This document shows, one piece after another, positions 1 through 13,569 of a stretch of DNA of 64,000 nucleotides. How positions within the stretch are numbered: the first letter of the stretch is position 1; each line of letters begins with the position of its first letter. This DNA comes from Octopus vulgaris (Eukaryota). The notes beneath the pieces are model-generated. The model was not told where the DNA came from and ran no database searches. It saw nothing but the letters and a program-made list of their open reading frames with translations. The DNA lies in assembly GCA_951406725.2 (NCBI GenBank), contig OX597836.1, positions 45,632,001 through 45,696,000 on the forward strand. Direction: 5' to 3'. The translations under genes were made by a program, and so were the position numbers.

Positions 1-28
1 CCCTAACCACTGGGCCATTGCGCCTCCA
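1..28 (-). mobile_element. 5' head of tRNA-derived SINE family B (truncated by window edge)
   Basis: ccctaaccactgggccattgcgcctcca is identical to the head end of the copy at 17499-17884. Confidence 0.8.
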
Positions 29-299
29 CAAGCTGGAGAAAAATAGACCCACCAAAGCAAATTTTCTATTCATGAGCATAAGTTATCTCGTTATGTAATT
101 CTAGTTAGTAAATGCTTTTGCAATAACATCGCTATTCTCTCTAATTAGATTGTTTTTATCTGTTTATTAAATCTTTACCTCACAGAGACTTTAATAATAA
201 ATATTTTCTTTTCTATAATATTTATTTTATCTTCTTCGTCTTTCTCGTTTTTTTTTGTTAATAAATCCTAGAAACTCTTAGCTTAGTTTAATCATTCTC

Positions 300-545
300 A
301 TACACACGCGCGCATACACACACAAATATATACACATACATGTACATGCATATACAGACATATGTGCATACATACACATATTCATACATACAAACATACA
401 CACACACATAAATATCCATACGTACGTACACACACATACACACACACACACACATACACACACATATACAACACGTATATACATGCGTCTAAAGAAATAT
501 GTCGCATGAGACAATTTTGTATTGGAGATTATTATGTTTGATGTT

Positions 546-576
<31 letters not shown>

Positions 577-616
577 CGATATATATATACATAGACACAT
601 GCATAATTATATATCA

Positions 617-705
<89 letters not shown>

Positions 706-831
706 CTCTCTCTATATATATATATACATACACACATGCATAATTATATATCATATATATATGTATGTATGTATGTATGTATATATATATACATACATAC
801 ATACATACATATATGTATGTATATATGAGTG

Positions 832-862
<31 letters not shown>

Positions 863-1030
863 GTCTGCATGTATGTTTGTATATATATAAATACACATGC
901 ATACACATATACAGAAACATATAAATACACACTCGCACACACACATACACATACACAAACACACACACACATACACGCACACACACACACACACATATAC
1001 ACACACATATATATATATGCATATATAATG
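300..1030. repeat. (CA)n/(TA)n/(TATC)n compound microsatellite
   Basis: direct inspection. Confidence 0.95.
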
Positions 1031-1250
1031 TCTGCAGTGCTTTGTCCCTTCGGTTATCCATTATTGTCTTTACACTCATGTCATCCTTGTATTAGCTTCT
1101 CTTTGATTTTTAAAATTGTTTTAATGTCTGTGAATTTTGTCATTTTTATAATTTTATTTACCCTCAGAGTTTTTTTTTTCTTATTTTGTTACATCTTTTC
1201 TTGTCCAACTAATTGAAAAGTTGAATGGACAAACAATTTGAAACACACAC

Positions 1251-1315
<65 letters not shown>

Positions 1316-2069
1316 TAAATCTCTAGGAATGCAAGAGTGCGACTTATTTGATAAATTAATATAGCAACTACTTGATCTAGAGAGTGCGTTACTTTGTGGT
1401 TCTGTTCCTAAAGAAATCGCCAACTTCATATATGTGTATATATGCATATAAACACACACACACACACACACACACGTGCGCGCGCGCACACACACACACA
1501 TATCTATATTTAAATATGAATTATAAGCAAATCGAGTTTTGTAAACAATATTGTTTACCTTGTTCGTCGATTGGCTGCGAGTCGAGGTGTCGGAGATAAC
1601 TCGCACAAAGCGCCGGGTATCAAAACACATGAAAGTCAGTCATGGAAAGGCGAGACAACTCGAGCCAAGTTCCGTTGAGAAGCGACGGACATCGATGTTT
1701 TGTCATCTTTGTGGCATCACGTTCCGGAACTGAACCTGATGCAAATTAAATAGCCTGTCGATGACTATAAACAAAATGGTGTAAGAACCATCTTCTGGCA
1801 TGCCCGAGCACGAACGATACATACGTAGGAATAAATTCAAATACGATCGAGAAGCAGCGCGTGTGTTGTAAACAATATCGAACACACAAACTCAACGTAT
1901 GTGCACTGGTAGTTCGTCGGTCAGCTGAGATTTGATGTGTTGGAAATGATGCTCTTAAAGCGTTGGGTGTTAAAATACTAGCCACAGAAACAGTATTCAA
2001 AGCAAAAGGTAATATTTATCTCCCACTTAAAAGTGGCTGTTGTGTTAGAACACAAAATGCTTCGATACA

Positions 2070-2186
2070 AGGTTCCGGGTTCAGTCCCATTGCGCGATAC
2101 GTTGCGCATGTATCTTCTACCATAGCCTCGGGCCGGCCAAAGCCTTGTGAGTGGATTTGGTAGATGGAAACTGAAAGAAGCCTGTC

Positions 2187-2187
<1 letters not shown>
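2070..2187 (+). mobile_element. SINE family A 5' half fragment
   Basis: ggttccgggttcagtccca...ggaaactgaaagaagcctgtc matches other family A copies. Confidence 0.8.
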
Positions 2188-2236
<49 letters not shown>

Positions 2237-2423
2237 TAGAGAAGAACCACCTTTTATCAATTCAGCAATGAAATAACAATGATATAATTAAATTATACCA
2301 TATAGAAAAATATTAAATATACGATAAAAACATAAACCAATAATTAAGTAAAGTATAAAACAATAAATAAAAAGTATAATTTAACTTGAATTTTTTCCTG
2401 TAAGTTTGGAATAATATTCCCTA

Positions 2424-2870
<447 letters not shown>

Positions 2871-3184
2871 TCAAATAACAGCGGATGAAACAGTTGTAGT
2901 GAATTAACCAATATCGACCTGTTGTTATTTGTTTATTATTCACCTTACACGAAACCTGCAGTCAGCGTGGATCTTGAGTCTATTAACTGCAGTACAACTG
3001 GTACAGTGTTTGTACCTAGATAAGCCTTGTGACTCGTCGTATATTCAGTCGGGCGCCTGTGATCCTATATGTAACTGGAATATTAACCCGTATGTATATT
3101 GGTGGGTACGTATATCTCCCTCTAATTTTGTTTCGTACACGATTGCTATTTCATCTGAACTTGGTGCTTTACTATTTAGGTACC

Positions 3185-3348
3185 TGGGCGTGGTTTTGTG
3201 GTAAGAAGCTTGCTTCCCAAACACATGGTTCCGGGTTCAGTCCCACTGCGTGACACTCTCCCTCGGCAAGTGTCTTCGACTGCAGCCTCGGGCCGTCCAA
3301 AGCCTTGTGAGTGGATTCGATAGATGGAAACTGAAAGAAGCCTGTCGT
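3185..3348 (+). mobile_element. SINE family A 5' half
   Basis: A/B-box-like head and gtggattcgatagatggaaactgaaagaagcc. Confidence 0.8.
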
Positions 3349-3435
3349 AAACACACACACACACATATAATGTAAGAAAATGGAGAGTTTGAATACAGCC
3401 AAAGCAATTTATTTACATATTTGTCGATTACGTAA

Positions 3436-3522
3436 GACCTACGATCGTTTCAATATCCGCCTTCATTCATTTTACAATTAACAATTGCATTATGAATTCA
3501 GAAGACAAATTTCTTCAGGGTC
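3436..3522 (-). ncRNA. type I hammerhead ribozyme motif (intact core)
   Basis: minus strand: GACC-CUGAAGA-60 nt stem II-GAAAC-GAUC-GUA-GGUC; stem III ACGAUCGU is palindromic. Confidence 0.8.
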
Positions 3523-3643
3523 AAAACCGACAAATTACTTTTACATCCAAGTAGACTGAGACTTCATTACAGGTTCTGTAACGAACTTTCAATCTATTAG
3601 GATGTAATAGGATGTAAAAGTAATATGTTAATATGTTGATATT

Positions 3644-3732
3644 GACCCTGAAGAGATTTCTGTCTTCTGAATTCATAATGCAATTGTTAATTGTAAAACG
3701 AATGAAGGCAGAGACTATATCGATCGTAGGTC
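3644..3732 (+). ncRNA. degenerate hammerhead (GAAAC box lost)
   Basis: GACC-CUGAAGA...uauauc-GAUC-GUA-GGUC; mirror of 3436-3522. Confidence 0.55.
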
Positions 3733-4007
3733 TTACGTAATCGATAGCTATGCAAATAAATTGATTTGGCTGTATTCATACTCTCCATTTTCTTATATTA
3801 CTAAATTTGTGTCCCCATATGTCGAATCAGATGGAAACATCTATACAGACTACTAGAATTCCAAAATGTGTACAGTACCAGTGTATTAAACACTAATACC
3901 TACACTAGAGGACTGAATTCTGGTAAATTCAGAGATATATGGATAAACCGGAGGAATCTTGACTGTAAGACATTGCTGGAAAGAGTAATTTATTTCTTTA
4001 CTAAACC

Positions 4008-4051
<44 letters not shown>

Positions 4052-4094
4052 TAATTCCTTGTAGGCCTAGTACTTATTCTAATGGTCTCTTATT

Positions 4095-4495
4095 TGTGTC
4101 TGTTTGTCCCCCTCACTCCTTGACAACTGATCTTATTGTGTATCCGTAAGGTAGCAGTTTGGTAAAACGGATCGATAGAATAACCACCAGGCTTAAAATA
4201 TAAGTCCTAGAGTAGACTCGATCAATTAGCATTCTTCTAGGCGGTGCTGCATCATGGCCGCAGCCTTATGACTGCAACAAGGAAACGATAAAAGATAAAG
4301 GTGCAGATGTGACTGCATGGTAAGAATCTTGCTTCCCGACCACATGGTTCCAGGTTCATCCCCACTGCATGGCACCTTGGGGAAGTGTCTTCTACTACAG
4401 CCTTGAGCCAACCGAAGCCTTGTGAGTAGATTTGGTAGACAGAAACTGAAAGAAGCCCGTCATATGGCTGCAGTCTCATAACTGAAACAAGTAAA
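4095..4495 (+). mobile_element. rearranged SINE family A fragments
   Basis: ggcggtgctgcatcatggccgcag tail followed by a second head-body segment. Confidence 0.7.
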
Positions 4496-4511
4496 AATTT
4501 GTATATATTTC

Positions 4512-5063
4512 CAGGGTGCGGACGGTAGTTGAGGACACATGCATTTTTAGTCAATGTTTTATTTAACTAATTTTTATTGAACGTCTATTTCAGAAAATAA
4601 CAATAACAGTCCCTATGCTTCCATATGAAATGAAAAAGCATGCTGTGATTGTGGCTTTCAAGGCTAAGCATGGTGATTTAAAAATTTCTCGTCTTCTGAA
4701 AGTTGTAAGATCTTGTGTCCACAATATTCGGTGTGAGAAAAAGATGATGGAAGCGTATTACTTGTATCAAAGCGTAAAAGACATTCCAAACGCTCTGATT
4801 CTGTCAGGACACCTGAATTTATTCAGGAAGTTAAGCAAAACATTGAAGACAATTCAGGAGAATCAATGAGGTCAATTCTTAAAAAAATTTCGTGTGTCAG
4901 AAAAAAACAATCAAAGGTGTTGTGCACGAAGACATCAGATACAAATCTTAAGTGATGAGGAAAGATCAATTCATGTCAGAAAAAACAAAAGAAAACTATT
5001 TAATCAGATCCCAAAGACTTTTGAACAAACTTAAATATCCATCAGAAGATGGTGTGATTTGGT
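4512..5063 (+). mobile_element. Tc1/mariner (DD37D/maT-like) transposase 5' remnant
   Basis: cagggtg TIR-like start; HAVIVAFKAKHGDLKISRLLKV...RTPEFIQEVKQNIED...VVHEDIRYKS...RLLNKLK with frameshifts. Confidence 0.75.
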
Positions 5064-5082
5064 TTATATATGTGTGGCTATT

Positions 5083-5125
<43 letters not shown>

Positions 5126-5143
5126 ATATACGTATACATATAA

Positions 5144-5204
<61 letters not shown>

Positions 5205-5231
5205 TGTGTGTGTATATACGTATACATATAA

Positions 5232-5282
<51 letters not shown>

Positions 5283-5469
5283 GATATATATCCAAATGTA
5301 TACATACATACTGTTACAAAAAAAGCGAAACAAAACCCCGCTGTTGGCTATATGAAACAATTGAAATCATATTGGGACGATCTGCATCCAGAATTAAATA
5401 ATTGATATTCAAAATGATATTTAAAAAATAAACAAAACCGAAATAACAAAGAAAGTCCCATCATGTGTT

Positions 5470-6980
5470 TTGAAGTCAAAGAAACCAAAAATAACTGGTT
5501 TACGGAAGACCATCAGTGATGTAATGATGCTTATTGCATGCAGACAAGCAAATCACTGTATGTCCAACCAACAGAAAGTAAAGAAGGAGATAGAAATGAT
5601 GTTTGGAGACAGCAAAAAGAGGACACTCACTTCCAAACTGATTACCCTCAAGCAGGAGCTAAAAGCAGTCAGGGAAAAACTCCGACATCAGAAGAGAAAA
5701 ACTGAGAGAAGAACAATAAACAAAAAGTTTAACAGCAACCAGGCAGCAGTGTACAGAGGCAAGAGAGGAGGAGCAGTAACTATCACGGGAGCTCCTTCAC
5801 GAAAAGACATAGACTCCTTCTGGAGGAAAATCTGGAGTGAAGAGAAGGAATTTAGCCAAAATGCTTTGTGGCTGGAAGAAATCCGAAAAAGTTATTGCTC
5901 CTTCGTTACATCCAAGACATACAACATTGATGGTGAAACACTTGCAACCGTGTTCCAGAAACTCCAGGATGGAAAAACACCTGGAAGAGATTTGATTGCT
6001 GGATATTGGTACAAGAAGCATGCCAGAATTAATGTATAAGATATATACAGCATGTTTAAACCTCTTCCTCCAGGACCATTGTGAAACCAGTAACATTATC
6101 ACAGCAGAACAAGCAGCTGGGAAGAAGGGAGTCTGGGGATGTACCGAGCAATTGTTAATCAACAAAATTGTGATGTCAGAGGTGCGAGAGCATAGTAGGA
6201 ACCTAGGTTCAATATGGCTAGACTACAAGAAAGCCTTTGACTCTGTTTCCCATTCATGGACGTTAGAAGTTCTTCAACTTGCTAAGGTTCCGGTGAGCAT
6301 AGTCAAAGCCTGACTTCATCGTGGGCCACCATCTTGAAATTAAACACAAAGAGTGACTGTATTATCACCAATAGAATACAGTATCGCAAAGGCGTCTTCC
6401 AAGGAGACAGCCTCTCTGTGATGTTGTTTATACTTTCTGTAAACCCCTTGTCATTCGTGTTAAGGAAGTCTGAAGGATATCTCACTGGTTCACAAGGAGA
6501 TAGGAATACCATAATTACTCAGCGTTTCTTTGTGGATGACTTAAAACTTTACATGAAGAATATGCATGAGATGAAAAAGAGCCTCGACCTATTTACGACA
6601 TTCTCAAATGATGTAGAGTTGGAGATTGGTCAGGATAAATGTTGTTATGTGGTTGTGAAAAGGGGGAAGACTATAAACCAGACTAGTAACATCTCCATCA
6701 TTGATTTGACTGTTTCCCCTGTATCTGACGAGGAATGTTACAGGTATCTGGGGGTGGATGAAAATATTTCTTACAATGGCACCTAAAGAATATTACAGAC
6801 GAATAAAGAAAATTTCTACCTCAGAACTCTTTGCATTCAATAGAACAGTGACCCACAATGTGTTTGCAGTGCCTGTACTTATACTACTTATACCAACATT
6901 TGGGCTGCTTGATTGGACGCTTCATGAGATCCGAGCCATTGATGTGAAAACCCGAAAAATACTAACAAGCACGCATAATT
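5470..6980 (+). mobile_element. R4/Dong-clade non-LTR retrotransposon RT remnant
   Basis: GCTEQLLINK, IWLDYKKAFDSVSHSW, GVFQGDSLS, FVDDLKLY, YRYLGV; frameshifted. Confidence 0.85.
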
Positions 6981-7184
6981 ATCAGAGACTAAGCACGAGG
7001 TCAGGAAAACCAATAGAATATTTTAGAAAACTACGCAATGAATTTCAGTAAGAAAAATGGTGAATATTTAGTAATTAATTATATAAAAAATAGAAATGTA
7101 TTACTGGCATCCTACAAAATTTCTAAAATAAAATATCTAAGCAAGAAACTCAAAAGAGGGCAGTAGCATCGAACTCCATCCTTC

Positions 7185-7295
7185 ACCTGAAGCCGCTCCG
7201 ACAAAGGTGGGATGCGGAAAGATGATTACAATGGCGGTGCTCCAGCATGGCCACAGTCATTGGACTGAAACATATAACAGAATAACAGAATAGCA
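7185..7295 (+). mobile_element. 3' terminus of CR1/L2-group-like LINE
   Basis: matches the reverse complement of 13775-13870, including ggcggtgctccagcatggccacagtcattggactgaaac. Confidence 0.75.
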
Positions 7296-7842
7296 AAGGC
7301 TGGGAAACCCCATAGTATTGGTGTAACTGTAATATTACCAGCGGTATCTGACATAATTTCATCACTTATGAAGCAAATTGCTAATGAAACTACTTGTAAG
7401 ATTCCTTTATTTAACTCATCAGTTTTAAGGTGCATTAATGAAATGGCTAAGGTGTGGAGAAGCAATTAATAGCCAAATTACAAGTAAAGAATTTTCCTCT
7501 TCAACCCGAGATATTAAAACGTATGTTTGATTTTTGGATGGTAATGGATTCAGAGAGGTAATACGTTTTGCCAGGCGTCTTAAACAGACGCTAAAGGCAA
7601 AACAATTTTCAAAGACGTTGTAACTTATTTCGAGGAAAATAATTCCCCTCAAAAATGTAATAACTTGCGCTAAGAAAGGTCGGTGCTCCAACCATGATTG
7701 GCAAATACAAAGATTTTTTTAGAAATCTGTACTTGAAATATTTTGCACACGCTGTGTGATGCACTGGTAACACTTAGTTGCAAAACAATGAAATGGACGT
7801 CTGTACGATGCCCTTGATATTATAATAAAAGTTATAAACTAT

Positions 7843-8250
7843 TCTTTTATTCTTTTATTTGTTTCAGTCATTTGAATGCGGCCATGCTGGAGCACCGACT
7901 TTAGTTGAGCAAATCGACCCCAGGACTTATTCTTTGTAAGCCTAGTAACTTATTCTATCGACCACGCTTGCCGAACCGCTAAGTGACGGGGACGTAAACA
8001 CCCCACCATCGGTTGTCAAGCGATGTTGGGGGGACAAACACAGACACACACACACACACACATACACACACACATACACAGACACACGCACACACACACA
8101 CATACGACGGGCTTCTTTCAGCTTCCGTCTACCAAACCCACTCACAAGGCTTTGGTAGAAGACACTTGCCCAAGGTGCCACTGAGTGGGACTGAACCCGG
8201 AACCATGTGGTTGGTAAGCAAGCTACTTACCACACAGCCACTCCTGCGCC
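7843..8250 (-). mobile_element. SINE family A (tRNA head, CORE-like body, internal microsatellite, LINE-derived tail)
   Basis: reverse complement of the family A consensus. Confidence 0.9.
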
Positions 8251-8434
8251 TATAAAATTCATTACAAGACTGCGTCTTTCATGAATTCCGTAATCGAAGT
8301 GAAGAAGAGTTTGAACACCTTGTAATTCACACAGATGTGAGATGGTTATCAATACGTAATTGCCTGCAGCGTTTTGTTGTACTTGGGGACACTACTGTCT
8401 CATTTCTGACTAATGGCAATCTCGACCAACAAAT

Positions 8435-8697
8435 AAAATATAAAATAAATGCACCCTTTTAAAGCCTAGCCAGGCTCATGGGGCCGGTTTCCCGGTTTCT
8501 ATGGCGCATGTTTTCCCCAGCTGGACGGGACGCCAGTCGATCGCAGCGTTACTCATTTTTGCCAGCCGAGTGGACTGGAGCAACCTGAAATGAAGCGTTT
8601 TGCTCAAGAACACAACGCGTCGCCCGGTCCAGGAATCGAAACCATAATCATACGATCATGAAGCTGACACTCTAACCACGAAGCCACGCGCCTCCAC
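8435..8697 (-). mobile_element. tRNA-derived SINE (family B-related head) with ~15 bp TSD
   Basis: flanks tctcgaccaacaaat (8420-8434) and tctcggccaacaaat (8698-8712); paralog at 53508-53733. Confidence 0.85.
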
Positions 8698-9385
8698 TCT
8701 CGGCCAACAAATGGTTGCAACTAAGTGTAATATATTTTATTTATCAGATATATTTAAAATTAATTTAATAAACAGCTTCAAGGAGAAAACTCCGATCTCA
8801 TATCCCCCCAAGGAGCTTTTGCTCGGGAAAGTACAGCCCTAGAAAATGAATATTGTACGTCGTGCATTATTACAACTTCCTAGTTTGGAATCGGTTAGCA
8901 GTAATGTGTACGATGATGACCTTGTGCCGAACATTTGAAAAACTTGCATGATTATATGCAAGCGAAGTTTAGCGACCTGCTCAAGTTAAATATACAGCGC
9001 TGAGTGACAATTCCTTTTCAAGTGAATGTTGTTGATATCTGCAAGAGAATCTCATTGAATTTCAGAGTTATGAAATATTTCAGACAAGAATGGAAAATTA
9101 ATGACACTGCTACAAAGTATCCGCTACTCTTGGAGAAAACACAATTGTACTTTACTGTTTGTCCTCCATATTGCCTTGTTGAATTCGGTTTCAGCTGTGT
9201 CACTAACTTACAGTCAAAAGCTTGTAGCCGAAACGACATTGTAAAAAGATGTGATTTTCAATTATCATTGACGACGTTGGAGCCAAATATTACAAAACAA
9301 GCAGAGCAGCATCAACCGTAAGGCTTGCATTAAATAAAGCAACATTAAAGTACTATCTTCTTTAATATGTCCTTTTAAAAATTTT

Positions 9386-9765
9386 TTATTTATTTATCTA
9401 GTTTCAGCTCACAAGCTGTGGCCATGCTGGGGCACCGCCATTTGGTGTTGCTACATGATTTTACGAATGCAGGTCTCTTAGGTTCTTCGGGAGGATATTG
9501 AAGAGCTGTGGGCCTCGGAAGCCCAGGCTATCACAGTATCTTGTCCTACATCTTGATGGCAAATTTGGAGTCCTTGGCACTATGCAGTGGCGCCCAGTTC
9601 TGGCATTTGTGTAACTCTCGATGCCAAAGTTTGGGACAAGTCCTTCTAGGATCTTCCAGATGTATATTATGGCATATCTTTCTCGCCTACGCTCTAAGGA
9701 ATAGAGTTTTAATCTCTTGAGTCTTTCCCAGTAGCTTATATACTGTACAGAGGCTATCTTGTTTA
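9386..9765 (-). mobile_element. 3' end of CR1/L2-group-like LINE
   Basis: RTRYCDSLGFRGPQLFNILPKNLRDLH; tail ggcggtgccccagcatggccacagc...tgaaac followed by (TAAA)n. Confidence 0.8.
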
Positions 9766-10104
9766 TTTATGACTATTTTTATTTGTGAGCATTCATTTTC
9801 CATAGAATTTAGTTGATGAAGTTTATGCGCATAAAGTTGGTTATACATGCACAAAATATTTTAACAATTTTTATAGAAGTCCTAAGAATATTTAACTCAA
9901 TAGCTACAATAGGATTTTTAAAATATTGAATGGCAATGGAGAGTCAGCACAAGTAAAATAGGAATCAAAGGGGTTCACAGGTAAAAAAAAGGTACAGAAC
10001 CTCTGCTTTAGAGTATGTCATTTATAAGTCAAAAATAATTACAGTTAGAAATATTGAATTTCTAAATGTCTCAAAGAGACATGAGTGGTGGTGGAGCGAT
10101 AGAG

Positions 10105-10387
10105 TGGTTGTATAAAGTCAACATAACGTGACAGTCCCGTAGAGGGAATTACACCACCGCTATATAGTCCTAGGAAGCATCGACGCTTCCTGTCGGCTTT
10201 CACACATTTCCTGTGTCCTTATATTCGCAAAGGGGAGGCAAGCACCCCCACCAGCTAGGACTAGCAACATGAATACATGCATGTTTCTGAGTATTGCCCG
10301 TCATCAGTTCAGGGTAGCGTGTCCCCGCTAGCGGTGATGCTTACTAAGCCCACGGGACTGTCACGTTATGTTGACTTTATACAACCA
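10105..10387. mobile_element. 283 bp element with perfect 36 bp terminal inverted repeats and internal HHR
   Basis: 10105-10140 is the exact reverse complement of 10352-10387. Confidence 0.75.
10270..10311 (-). ncRNA. minimal type I hammerhead motif
   Basis: UGAA-CUGAUGA-cgggcaauacuca-GAAAC-AUGCAU-GUA-UUCA; palindromic ACAUGCAUGU; weak stem II. Confidence 0.7.
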
Positions 10388-10469
10388 ATAATTACAGTGA
10401 TGTTAAAGTAAATAAGGGATTAAGAAGTAATGCATAAAATTTCTTACAACTGTTTCTGGAACAGCTGTA

Positions 10470-10750
10470 TATACGGGGTACATAAGGTATTTGGGGACAT
10501 AACTTTTTTGAGTCATTGCTGCATTTTTTGCTAACTCTGTATAATCTTTGTTTCAGAAAATAATCATGGTACACCCTCAGCTTACTCAGGAAATGAGGAG
10601 GCATGCTGTTGTTGTGGTCATAAAGGCTGAGCATAGCGATTTAGAAATATCTCGGTTTTTAAAAGTTGCCAGATCTTTCGTCTACAAAGTTTGTAAGGAG
10701 CTAGAGACTGAAGATAGAAATGTATCACCAGTATCAAAGCATAAAAAGAT
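10470..10750 (+). mobile_element. Tc1/mariner DD37D-like transposase 5' fragment
   Basis: RRHAVVVVIKAEHSDLEISRFLKVARSFVYKV; paralog of 4615. Confidence 0.75.
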
Positions 10751-10754
10751 TTTG

Positions 10755-11464
10755 TCATGGACAGGAACAAAGAGCCAACGTGAAAGTTTTCGTTAAACTT
10801 GGAAAGTCTGCTACAGAGACATTGAGCATACTTCAGCAAGCTTACGACATCAAAGTAGCAGTCGACATAATGGAAGAGCCCTTAAACTCCACGACCGAAG
10901 AAGGCACTACAGAACCACAGCTCATTCAAGGACATGCTCATCGTTTTATTCAAAATCCGCGGCAGTGTGTATCGAGAATTCGTTCCTCAGGGCCAGACCA
11001 TCAACCGAGAGTTATACTGCAATGCTTTTAAGCGTTTAAGGGAGGACATTCGGTGAAAGCGACCCGATTTGTGAAGCGCGAAGAATTGGATTCTTCACGA
11101 CGACAACGCACATTATTACGGAGCTCTCACTCGTGAGTTTCTCGCGCAAAACAACATGGTGTCGCTTCCGCACCCGTCCTATGCACCAGATTTAGCGCCT
11201 GCGGACTCCCATATCTTCCCCAAGATGAAAATGCAGTGCAAAGGTCGCCAATGTCCAGATCAAGAGTGAATCGCAGATGGTCCTCGACTCGCTTACGGAA
11301 TATGACTTCCAAGATGGATTCCAAATTGTTCCAGCAACGTTGGAACCGGTGTAATGCTGTGCAAGACGACTATTTCGAAGGAGATGCTGCTAAAATTTAG
11401 GTGAAAAAGTTATTTTTAAAAATTAAATATAACTAGTCCGGGAACGTTTTGATACCACTTCGTA
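10755..11464 (+). mobile_element. mariner (DD34D) remnant
   Basis: KLGKSATETLSILQQAY, EFVPQGQTIN, WILHDDNA, PHPSYAPDLAPAD; TIR-like end ataccacttcgta. Confidence 0.85.
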
Positions 11465-11738
11465 CACACGTATGCATGTAAAGGAACTGGAGGTACTGAA
11501 ATAAGTGGGGAAGAGGAGGTTCAATGGTAAGGTGTGAAGAAGACCATATGTGTAATGGCAAGAAACCAAGTGTAGTGGCGACGTGCATTGCGAGTTAGAA
11601 TTATCAAATACCCAAAGGGAGGTTTCAGTGCTGTAAAGAAGATAGAGGAAGTCTTCAGACAATAACATTTTATCATAGGGATTCCAGCATGGATGGAGGC
11701 TAAGGGTAAAGAGATCAAGGGTAAACCTCAACTGGTTA

Positions 11739-11935
11739 TACGAGGGGCTGCTGAAAAGCTCCTAGCTTTGGGTAAAAGAAGATACTGGAGGATCATTTGT
11801 GATTTTTATTCAACATATTCCCCTTTCAGATTCATACACTTATTGCAGCGGTCCTTCAGTTTATCTAAGCCCTGTAAAATAATTCGGAAGGTTGGGCCTC
11901 CACCTAAGGATTTCGTGATTCTCTTAAAGCGAGGG
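11739..11935 (-). mobile_element. mariner 3' fragment with TIR
   Basis: tacgaggggc TIR-like end; GLDKLKDRCNKCMNLKGEYVE* on the minus strand. Confidence 0.75.
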
Positions 11936-12379
11936 ACTTTTCAGCATGGTGTCAGCTATAAAAATATAAAAAATATTATTGAAAGTGTATGTTCACAGGT
12001 AATAAATATAATATTAAGTTATCGCTAAATTCGAATAGCATGAAGTATAAAGTATTAAGATAAGATAAGATAAAATAAAATAAAATAAAAATAAAGCAGA
12101 GTAAATAAATAGGTTTAATAGATAAATAAACTAGAGTAAGTATTGGAATTTAATTTCGCTCGTGCTTAATTCAAATATGTTATAAATCATAAGGTAGGTG
12201 AAGTGAGAAAATATATGAAGTGGTCGCTATAGGAATTATGAGTTGTATGTAGTATTAAGAGAGAAGAATAAAATAAGTTAAGGTAAATATAATAATATAT
12301 AATTAAGCTTATAATATAGCTCTTCGACGATGGAACTCATAACTTTTATTAATTCTCCTCCTGTGAAGATGGAATAGTT

Positions 12380-12382
12380 GAT

Positions 12383-12442
<60 letters not shown>

Positions 12443-12534
12443 ATATATATATTTATATAGATTTATATGGATATATATATATATCTTTATATATATATAT
12501 TTATATATATTTATATATATATATATTTATATAG

Positions 12535-12576
<42 letters not shown>

Positions 12577-12607
12577 TTATATTTATATATATATATTTAT
12601 ATATATG

Positions 12608-12638
<31 letters not shown>

Positions 12639-12770
12639 TTATATATATATCTATATTTATATATATTTATATAGATTTATATATATATATATATATTTAT
12701 ATAGATTTATATATATATATATAGATTTATATAGATTTATATAGATTTATATAGATTTATATGGATATAT
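12380..12770. repeat. degenerate (TA)n with (TATAGATTTA)n subrepeat
   Basis: direct inspection. Confidence 0.9.
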
Positions 12771-12993
12771 GTCAGTTGAGAGAATCAACCATTTTATATT
12801 TTATATTTGATTTACACCTGCGTTAAAGTCCATTTATTTATTCATATATTATACAAAAAATTCCACGTAAACACGAAGTTTCTACCTTTATAAACAAGGA
12901 GTTACAACATCTTTACTTGTGAGATTTTTGCTACCCTGGTAACTATTTATTTATTTTTTCCGTGTTAATTGTTAACAAGGTAAAAATACACTC

Positions 12994-13051
<58 letters not shown>

Positions 13052-13062
13052 GTAATATTGTT

Positions 13063-13569
13063 GTTCCTAAATCTCCCAACGAGAGATATTCAGTAGCAAC
13101 ACTTTAACGTAACGATATTTTGCCAACGTAAAGTGGCAGACCCATTTTGGGGCGAATGCTACTGTGTTTGGCCCCAGGAGACATTGTCTTCAGCTGGCTA
13201 TACGACACAAGATCCACGTCCTTATATTTTCGAACAGGGGAGGTTAGTACCCCCCACCCAGCACAAAGCGGTGTCTGTAGAGCGTACTGTTTCAGGGTTA
13301 TTTCTCTTCGTCGGCACAGAATAACTCTTCGGCTGAGATGGCACTGCTAAACACTTATTCGAAAATATATATGGTTTTTCTAAGTGATTCACAGTCACTG
13401 ATCTGATAAACTAGAAACATTATGGTTCCTAAATCTCTCAACGAGAGATATTCAGTAGCAGCACTTTAAAGGAACGATTTTTTGCCAACCTAATGTGGCA
13501 GTCACATTTTGAGGCGAATGCTACTGTGTTTGGCCCCAGGAGACATCGTCTCCAGCTGGCTATACGACA
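13063..13569. repeat. ~146 bp direct repeat pair (13063-13209 and 13425-13569)
   Basis: both begin gttcctaaatctc and end gctggctatacgaca. Confidence 0.85.

Larger units (their letters stand above)
3368..3800. mobile_element. Penelope-like non-autonomous remnant with ~155 bp inverted arms
   Basis: 3368-3524 is the diverged reverse complement of 3642-3800; each arm spans an HHR motif. Confidence 0.7.
7490..9325 (+). mobile_element. hAT (Charlie-like) transposase remnant interrupted by two SINEs
   Basis: EFEHLVIHTDVRWLS, YLSDIF, QLQGEN, LVEFGFSCVTNL...LSLTTLEPNI resemble hAT core and dimerisation motifs. Confidence 0.7.

Noticed and set aside
1500-2050. Complex sequence, possibly coding
   Set aside because: The frames I translated are interrupted by stops and show no motif I can identify; left unannotated
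2887-2901. GAAAC-AGUU-GUA half hammerhead
   Set aside because: No CUGANGA half upstream (only TA repeat); incomplete
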